DNA from: the human T2T-CHM13v2.0 reference genome, Homo sapiens
Direction: 5' to 3' (one strand)
Length of the DNA stretch: 64,000 nucleotides
Assembly: GCF_009914755.1 (NCBI RefSeq)
Contig: NC_060925.1
A program made the position numbers and the translations under genes. Positions 49,913-64,000 of the stretch are shown here, one piece after another (position 1 is the first letter of the stretch; the number at the start of each line of letters is the position of its first letter). The notes under the pieces were generated by a model. It did not search any database, had not been told where the DNA came from, and saw nothing but the letters and a program-made list of their open reading frames with translations.

Positions 49913-51029
49913 TCTCTCTCATCCTTCCCATCCACATTTGCAGGTAGCATGCCCTTGGCAGCGTTGATCCCATAAACAGAATAGTAAGCAACTACTTGCC
50001 TGGTGTAATTTGAGATGTGGCACAATCCCCCTGCTCAAAATATCATCCCCACCAAATGCCACAGGGCCTAAAATTCCCAGTATTCAACTCACGGCAGCTA
50101 ATCTTCTCTTGCTTCACCCCATCATCTCTCCTAATACCTGCACGTGTGAAGCATGTCCATCCTTCCGGGCCTAACTCAACATCACTTTTTCCTGAAGCTT
50201 TTGTGATTGCCCAGTTGGAAGTGATCTCTCATTCCTCTGAACATTCAAAAAGCTTCACTTGTGCCGCTTTTATGTTACATATTACTTTATATTTAAACAC
50301 ATGTACTATGTCCCACCAGGCATAATCTGGAGATTCAATTCCTCTGCTGACTCTTATTTATCTTTGTACCACCATCCCATCCTCAAGTAACCAGACCCAG
50401 AGCTGACAGTTAATAAAGAATCAGTATCTGACCAATGGGTGCTATATGGGTGAATGAGGAGTAAGACACAGCTTCTCCTGGGCTGAGATTTTGCTGCTCA
50501 CTAGCTGTGTATACTTCAGCAGTCACTTCAGTTTTCAGAGCCTTATTGTCTTCCTATAAAATAAGGTCATTGAAGAGTTATAAAATTCCAGAGCTCTCTC
50601 AGCCATCATTGCTAATCTACTGGATGATCTTACAGCTCACACTGGTTCAGCAAAAGCCCAATATTATTTGCATTCACTTTTGGAAATGGCTTGACAAAAT
50701 ATATACTGTATTAAGGTCTTTAAAAAGGAAAAAGGTAAATTTTTAAAAAACAGTAAGATAAGGCCAAATAAAAAGCAAACACACAGAAATAAATTATTGA
50801 TGGTCCTATTTACTTACGAAGTAGGACATAAATTTAGCTTTGAGCTTCATAGCAACCAAAGCAAAAATGTATTAAAGTAAAAGTCTATTGATTGCTCAAG
50901 AAAATACAGATTTTCCTGTTACTAAATTCAAAAGAAATTGATGTAGTAAACTTTGTACTCAAAAATCCCAACAATGAATATGCCAGAAAGTTTCATAGAA
51001 ATATTTCCTGCAGTATTCTTTTACAAGAG

Positions 51030-51525
51030 TGTTCCAGTTATCTATCGCTGCACAACACCAAAATAGTGGCTTAAAGTGACAGCATTGTATATTATTATCT
51101 TACTGGGGATAGAGGGGCTAAGCTAAGCAATTCTCACTTACAGTCTCTTACAGAAATGTAGTCACAAAGTGACTGGGTCCGAAGTAACCTGGAGCCTAAG
51201 TTAGGAAGATTCAAACAGCTGGAGGCTAGAACAGTTGGTCCTCTTCAGATACCTCTCGAGGTCCCTCCATGTGACTCCAGCATGGCAGTGTTAGAGCAGC
51301 TAGAACTCTTACATGAAAGCTCAAGTGCTGAGAGGGAGACAACCAAGCCAACTTTAGCACCTTTTATGAGCTAGCCTCAAAAATCACACAGTATCACTTC
51401 TAACACATCCTATTTGCTAGAATCAAGCCACGAAGACCAACCTATATCCAAGGGAAGGGTATTTTAGTCTCCATCTTTTGATGCGGGAGTGAGATCCAAG
51501 AAAGTGAGAATATGTTTTAAAACCA
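51030..51525 (-). mobile_element. MLT1 (F/G-like) LTR
   Basis: tgttccagttatctatcgctgcacaacacc..agtggcttaaa...cttttatgagctagcctcaaaaatcacacagtatcacttc. Confidence 0.7.
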
Positions 51526-51627
51526 TGATTAAGGAAAAAATAGAAATTTGCTATTCAATAAATGCTATTCTTTGGAAAGCCAAAGAAGAAATACTTCAGC
51601 TTGATTCAGGGATAAAATTTAGAATTA

Positions 51628-51832
51628 CAGAGTTGTGCTGTTCAATATGGAAGCCACTGGCGTGAGTGGCTATTTAAACTTCATTAAAATTAAATAAAAC
51701 ATTTTCAGTACCATTATTTTGTTTTAACAGCCACATTTCAAATGCTCAATAGCCACACATGGCTAGTGACTATTAACGACGGACACACAATTACAGAACA
51801 TTTCCATCAATGCAGAAAGTTCTATCGAGCAA
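51628..51832. mobile_element. MER3/MER33-like hAT-Charlie DNA transposon
   Basis: gtgctgttcaatatggaagccact ... gccacacatggctagtgacta ... cagaaagttctat. Confidence 0.75.
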
Positions 51833-52196
51833 CAGTTACCTAGGATAATGAAAGAACAATATATCCTTAATAGAGGCTGAGGTGTAGGGAGCATTACTTG
51901 AGCCCACAAATTCAAGGTTACAGTGAGCTACGATCATGTCACTGCACTCCAACCTGGTGACGGAGCAAGACCTTGTCTCTAAAAAGAAAAAAAAAACTAT
52001 ATATTCAGCTGTCAATTAGAACTGCTAAGTCTTCTAATTAAGCTTTTGGTAGGAATTGGGCAAAAGAGATGTCCAAACTGTAACATTTGACAAGACTATG
52101 AACTGCATAAAATCTGTGTTGCTAAAAAAAGATAGTCCATATGCCTTAAAAATCAACCAAGTAGGAGGTAGATTCACTTCCCTTAAATAAGACGAA

Positions 52197-55937
<3,741 letters not shown>

Positions 55938-56779
55938 TTTTAAAAATAAAAATAAAAAAAGGAAGTCGAAAAATGAAGGCTCCTAACCAAGAGCCAAATG
56001 GCTGGCCACCTTGCCTCCATGTGGGGGTTTTCAGTGGAGGACCTGGCAGTAAGGGCAAAATTTTCCTCCAGTCTTTCACACACTGTTTTCTCAAAACATT
56101 TGGGGGAAAGAAAGATAAAATCAAAGCTACAAAGTTCATTCCCTCACTCTTTAATTCAACATTTACTGAGTAGGCATGGATGCTACGACTTGTATCTGAA
56201 AAAAAAATGAAATAGATTTTACTAATCTCCCAAGCCTCAGAAATAAACAAACAAATGTCAATAACATGCCCAAGGAATATCTACTTTTAAGTAGCGTCTT
56301 TCTACTGAAACCACCAGAGAAAAATAGTTGCAAAACGTACCCTTAAGTAGCTGAAAGAGTCGGCCAGCTATATATAATCTTTAGATATAAGCCAATTAAA
56401 TTACAAATACTATCTGCCAAAAATGATGATTTTGAATATAGAAAAGTTGAATTCAAGCCACTCTATTTTCCAGTAAGATAAAGAGGCCATTTCTTGTTAG
56501 TGACAATAAAATTACATCACTAGCATAGACAGTAGTTATTTTTGTACTTTTTATAATAAGGGTATATGCAGCTAGATCATGCACAAGTTGTTTCAAATTA
56601 TTAAGATACAAATTAAAAAGAAGAGTTGGAGGAAGCAGAGGCAGAACACAGTTTCATTTTTTAAAGACTGGAATTATCTGATCTGTCAGGAAACCATTCT
56701 CAGGAACACTTTTTGTGGTATAAAGTTCAGACTCTACATCAGTTACCAGATCTTACAGCCCAGCTGCATTACATATCTT

Positions 56780-57600
56780 CTCCTTCACCCTCCCCACCCT
56801 CTCTCCACCTTTTACCCTGCTCTGTGCCTCAGGAGGCTGACTTGAATGGGCTGCATCAATGGGCTCCCTCTACTTAGCCCTTCTAAAGGAGTTCAGCCAA
56901 CGGGAGGCACCCACAGGAGATTAGAGACTGGGAGAATAGGAAGTTAGAGAATTTAACCCCCAGCTTCCTCCCTACTGGGCCACCATGGGTTGGCTGCATT
57001 CCTCACCCAAATGCTGATGTCAAGCAGATCTCTTCATATGGCCCCACTCTCCAAATCCCAGTAACCCCTCACTTCCTTTGATTTTTCACCCATGAATTGC
57101 AGTGGCTCCCTGCTATTATTGCTAGCCTAAGGAACTATACCCACCTCTCGTAGGTTTTCTTCAACTCTGCCTGTACCTTTGTATCTAGTTCCTTTTTTCT
57201 TTTTCTTTCCTTTTTTATTATTTTATTTTTTTCTTTTTAGAAGGAGTCTGTCTCTGTCGCCCAGGCTGGAGTGCAGTGGTGCGATATCGACTCACTGCAA
57301 CCTCCCGCCTCCCAGATTCAACTGATTCTCATGCCTCAGCCTCCCGAGGAGCTGGGATTACAGGCACACACCACCATACGTGGCTAATTTTTGTATTAAT
57401 ACTTTTAGTAGAGACGGAGTTTCACATGTTGGCCAGGTTGGTCTCGAACCCCTGACCTCAAGTGATCTGCCCGTCTCGGCCTCCCAAAGTGCTGGGATTA
57501 TAAGCGTGAGCCACTGCACCTGGCCTGTATATAGTTCCTTTCATTAAAATCTGCTTAGTTACTCGATTCGTGTGCACTGTTTCTTTATAAGCCCTGATGA
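56780..57600 (+). mobile_element. ERVL LTR16-like element with nested AluS (57196-57525, -)
   Basis: ccctgctctgtgcctcaggaggctgac...gggctgcatcaatgggctccct; Alu TSD tgtat(c/a)tagttccttt. Confidence 0.7.
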
Positions 57601-58247
57601 TACACGAATTCATTACTAGTTTTTAATGCTCAGAGACCAAAGAAAGATCAATTAAATATATAAGCAATCTTAAAGTTATTCCTGAAAGATTTTTCCAGCA
57701 CATCATAAAGGGTATAACATGATTAATAATGGAATATTATACCTAAATCCAACCTGTTCCTCAGGAAATATTAAGGAAAAAAATGAGAACTATAATTTAT
57801 GAAAAACGTTTAAATGAAAAGTCTGCCAAAATAATGACTCCATGATTTCATACAGCAATATTGTCCTTTTAAAAAGAAACAAGGGGCAGGAAAGTTTAAC
57901 CAGACAAAATTAATAAGAGTAAACAAATTAGCTCTCAATTAGAGCAGAACTTGAGTAGTTTGGGTGGTAAGAAGTCTTTGTAATCAACAGCAGTACATGA
58001 GAAGTAATATCAGGATGCAATCAGCAAATAGACTTATTATCCCAAAGATAGGTGAAGTTGTTCTGGAGTTAAGTCTCTGAAGCTACCCTGGCCCTTACCA
58101 CTGCAGTGCAGTGAGTGAACAAAATTCTTAAAGTCAGGCAAATCTGCTTTTAAATATCCAAGTCAAAACCATTTACAAAGTGAAGGAAATAATATTTCCA
58201 ATGTAGAGTAGTCATAAGGATTAAATAGAAAAATACGTATAAAATAC

Positions 58248-58572
<325 letters not shown>

Positions 58573-60821
58573 CTAGCCCAGTGCCTGATTTGTTCAAGTC
58601 ATTAAGAAACGGAAAGTCAAAAAGAAATCCAACAGAAGGAAACCAAAGACTTACATTCCAAGACCAGCCTGAAAATCAGCAAGTAGATTAGAAATATATG
58701 TGAAGGAATAGGTTGACAAAGTGTCCCAGCCAGGCTTCTGTGGGTCATGTAGATTTCGAGGACCTCTATAGTGGATGAATTCCTTTCTCAAATTCCCTTC
58801 TGTAAGAAATAATCACCTAAGAGAATTTTCTCCTTCTCTGTCCCGGAAGATCTCCAGCTTTCCTTCTTTTTCTTGCACTTTATGTTTCAGGTTAATTAAC
58901 GCTTTCCCCAATGTACATACTGATCATTTCTTGCTATCACAAACTATCCTAGAGGCCAGCATAGTTCAAACAGGTACTGGACTGAAGTAGACACACCATT
59001 GGCAAGTGGGTGCCCTTCCAGCTGGCTGGAAAGTTTTCTGGCACTTTGTTCCAGGAGTGTCCTGAGTGCAGTGCCCAGCCAGGTCCTCTGCTCAGTCTTT
59101 TGAGATCATCCCATCTGAGTGACTAAACATTGCCTTTGGGTGGGTGGGCCACACCCAGGACCCGGAAGTAAGATCATCATTTCCTCACAAAAGGGAATGC
59201 TTTTTCCTTCCATTCTATTCTTTGTGTTATGCCACAGACACATGACTGACCCTAAAATTCATATTTTAACAGCAATCTCTAAGATATAAAGATTCTTCAG
59301 CAGGACCTTAAGGAAGTGGGAGTGAGGACAAAGTGTTTGGACATATGAGAGAGGAAGAGTGTTCCAAAAACTAAAACACTTCACAATGTGTTGGATAGTC
59401 CCATGAAAGCACATGTGAGAGAACCTTGAAGACTAATCAATTCAGAAATTCCAGCCCCTCCTTGGAGTTGGTTTACAGACCATGCAAACGTAGTCCCAGT
59501 TCCCCGAGTTTTCCTGATTCTGGAGTTGCTGTTTCATAGATCCTCAAGAGGAAATTCCTAGTAGACTCCTCAATAAAATATTACATGGTGAAGAGAAAGA
59601 ACACAAGTAAAAGGGATCAACATGTAGCAAACACCTACTATGTGCCAGGCATTGCACAGCATTTTTTACATGTTATCTCAGTCAATCCTGATAGTAACCC
59701 CATCAAATAGACAGTGTAAGCCCCATTTCACAGGTAAAAATGAAAAGACTCTGAGAAGTTAGGTAACTTACTTAAAATTAAATTGTAGAACAAGAATTCG
59801 CACCAGATCTTCCTGTTTTGTAGCCCATTCACATTTCATTCTGCCACACATTCATCAAGGACGTCATCTATTTCTCGGCATCTTTACATGTAGCTATAAA
59901 ACCCTGTAACACATTCTGTTTATTCTGGAATAGGCTCTTCATCTGTTACACAAGTTGCCGAAAGTGTCAATGACTTTTAGAAATCAGATAACCCAAATGT
60001 ATAGTATCCTCCATTCTACTATTTTCTACATGTAACTGGATGCTTGACAATGAACACCTGTATCAGTTGTCTGCCATTGCATAATAAACCAATATAAAGT
60101 TAGCTGCTTACAACAACTATTTATTATATATCATGATTCTGTGAGTCATTTGGGCCATTCTTCCATTGGTCTTACATGAGCCTACTCACAAAGCTGCATT
60201 TAGCTGGTAGGTTACCTGGGGATAGGTAGAGCTTGAGGCCACAGGGCCTCTCTCTACACATGGTCTTTCATAACAAGCTTTTTTACAACATGGTGATCTC
60301 AGGGCAGCTTCCAAGATAACAAGCCTCAAAGTGCTAGCATTTTACAAGCTTATGTCCCAAGCCTTTGGCCAAACCCCAAATCATTATGGGAGGGGGCTAG
60401 GGACATGAATACCATGAGGCAAAATTCACTGAGGATCATTATTGTAACAATGTACCGCAGCTGGCTCTCTGATCCCAATGACTGACATCCCTCCCATTGC
60501 AAAATGCATCACTCATCCCAAAACCACCAAAGATCTCATCCAATCATGGCATCAAACTACAAGTCCAGACTCCTTATCTATCTCAGGTCCAGGTGTGGCT
60601 GAGGCTACTTGGGTGCAGTTCCTCATGCAGCTCCACAGGTGTGGCTTCTCATCATTCAGGAACCCATGAATTTAAAAAAAAAAAAAAGTTATTGTCTCCA
60701 TGCATACTCATCACACAATTGTGAGAATGGTACACTCAATGGATACTCCCATTTAAAAGGGGGAGGAACAGAAAGCCACAAAGCCTTCTGATCCATAGCA
60801 ATTCTGAAATCCAGTCATAAG

Positions 60822-61789
60822 TGTGGGGAAAAGCAGGAGAGATCAGATTGTTACTGTGTCTGTGTAGAAAGAAGTAGACATAGGAGACTCCATTTTGTTC
60901 TGTACTAAGAAAAATTCTTCTGCCTTGAGATTCTGTTAATCTATGACCTTACCCCCAACCCCCTGCTCTCTGAAACATGTGCTGTGTCAACTCAGGGTTA
61001 AATGGATTAAGGGCGGTGCAAGATGTGCTTTGTTAAACAAATGCTTGTAGGCAGCATGCTCCTTAAGAGTCATCACCACTCCCTAATCTCAAGTACCCAG
61101 GGACACAAACACTGCAGAAGGCCACAGGGACCTCTGCCTAGGAAAGCCAGGTATTGTCCAAGGTTTCTCCCCATGTGAAAGTCTGAAATATGGCCTCATG
61201 GGAAGGGAAAGACCTGACCGTCCCCCAGCCCGACACCCGTAAAGGGTCTGTGCTGAGGAGGATTAGTATGAGAGGAAGGCATGCCTCTTGCAGTTGAGGC
61301 AAGAGGAAGGCATCTGTCTCCTGCCCGTCCCCGGGCAATGGAATGTCTCGGTATAAAACCCGATTGTACGTTCCATCTACTGAGATAGGAAAAAACCACC
61401 TTAGGGCTGGAGGTGGGACATGCAGGCAGCAATACTGCTTTGTAAAGCATTGAGATGTTTATGTGTATGCATATCTAAAAGCACAGCACTTAATCCTTTA
61501 CCTTGTCTATGATACAAAGACCTTTGTTCACGTGTTTGTCTGCTGACCCTCTCCCCACTATTGTCTTGTGACCATGACACATCCCCCTCTCGGAGAAACA
61601 CCCACAAATGATCAATAAATACTAAGGGAACTCAGAGGCTGGCGAGATCCTCCATATGCTGAACGCTGGTTCCCCGGGTCCCCTTATTTCTTTCTCTATA
61701 CTTTGTCTCTGTGTCTTTTTCTTTTCCAAGTCTCTCATTCCACCTTACGAGAAACACCCACAGGTGTGGAGGGGCAACCCACCCCTTCA
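60822..61789 (+). mobile_element. HERV-K(HML-2) solo LTR (LTR5_Hs-type), 968 bp
   Basis: TGTGGGGAAAAGC...CCCACCCCTTCA; perfect 6-bp TSD cataag (60816-60821 / 61790-61795); internal TATA (ggtataaaacc) and AATAAA. Confidence 0.97.
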
Positions 61790-62718
61790 CATAAGTATAT
61801 TGCAGGACCTTCTACTCTAGGTATAGAAAACGGTTCTTGAATACAGCCTGGTTTACCTACTTCTACTCTCTGGAAGTGGTTGCCTCTGCTTTCTCCAAGA
61901 TGACCCATGTTTTCAATAAAAATAGCCTGTGTGTGCAGCTGAGTGATTTTCTCAGCTTACCTCCTGTTTCTATTTATTTTGAACTTCCTGTACATCAGTT
62001 AGTCTAAACTAATCCAATACCTTTCTATGTGGGCTTTCTATATGCCAGGTGATAGTCCACTTGACTAGACAAAAGCTATACCCACAACTATTTTTGAGAT
62101 AGGCCTCTACTTTGGTTCAGTATGTCAATGTGCCGTGGAAAAAATGCCCTTAAAATTCTTAAAAGCCACTTTGCCTAGCTGAGAGAATCTAATAGTCACT
62201 ATTTTAAATCATTCTGTGGTCTTAAGAAAGTCTTGTAGCCACACCCTTGATTTAATTTGTACCCTGAGAACATTTCTAACTTTGAGAATCTTTTGGCAGT
62301 AGGAGAGACTGGAAATGTGAGACAGTTTTATTTCTCACCTAGCGTATCCTGGGCACTCCATATTTGCTTTAAATTCTGCTTGCAAATGGAGCAATTCATT
62401 TTTTTTTTTTTTTGGTTCATCTCTCTCTTCCTATACCCTATTATCTATCACCTTTAAAAAGCTAATTGGCCCCTTCAGCATTCTAAATGGAAACTTCCTT
62501 AAGCCAAATCTACAAGTTCATTAAGTACATTTTTTATCTTCCAAGTTTCTGAAGATGACAGTGTTGCCAGTTATTCTACTACTATATAATGTGATTTTCC
62601 CTTTATCAGCCTCCAGTAGCAGTTTCCTCTCAGGTCCTCAGGCTCCACTAATAATCTACTCGCTGCACCTACTGCCTCTTCCAGCCACTCAACCCCAAAG
62701 CCAATGCCACATAGTTTA

Positions 62719-63099
<381 letters not shown>

Positions 63100-63135
63100 T
63101 ATAATCAGTTTTCCATTCCTATGAAGTAAATGACC

Positions 63136-63168
<33 letters not shown>

Positions 63169-63286
63169 TATAGAGAGAGATAGATATAGATATAGATATA
63201 GATATAGATATAGATCAGTTTTCCATTCCTATGAAGTAAATGACCCCAAAATTTAGTGGCTTAACAGCAATTTCTATTTCTCATGA

Positions 63287-63910
<624 letters not shown>

Positions 63911-64000
63911 TAGGAGAGGCATGTATAAGGGTGTGGATACTAGGAGGTGTAATCCATTCAGGTCATTGCTATAACAATCTGCTCCAAAACCAAAATGTAA

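Overview
Human (primate) genomic DNA from the CRP locus (1q23.2). The only intact protein-coding gene is C-reactive protein (CRP; minus strand, 2 exons, CDS 7529-7469 + 7182-6569). It carries its TATA/C-EBP/HNF1/STAT3 promoter, and its poly(A) signal lies inside an ancient MaLR LTR. The remaining ~56 kb upstream of CRP is repeat-dense: a THE1 provirus, MER11 and HERV-K LTR5 solo LTRs, an MLT1 provirus, several L1s, many Alus and an RPL27 processed pseudogene. The most notable finding is a heavily decayed, Alu-interrupted, unprocessed CRP-like pentraxin paralog at ~40.4-42.4 kb in the same orientation as CRP. It retains exon 2, traces of the splice sites, exon 1, 5'UTR and TATA, and an MIR3 in the same 3'UTR position as CRP. 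About 3 kb upstream of it is a dense STAT3/C-EBP/USF/FOXA/HNF1 motif cluster, at the distance of the reported distal CRP enhancer. Also notable are an old/young chimeric full-length L1 that shares non-consensus variants with a twin-primed L1 25 kb away, and several template-switch hairpins. Repeat subfamily names and SNP identities come from recognition and memory, not from a database search.
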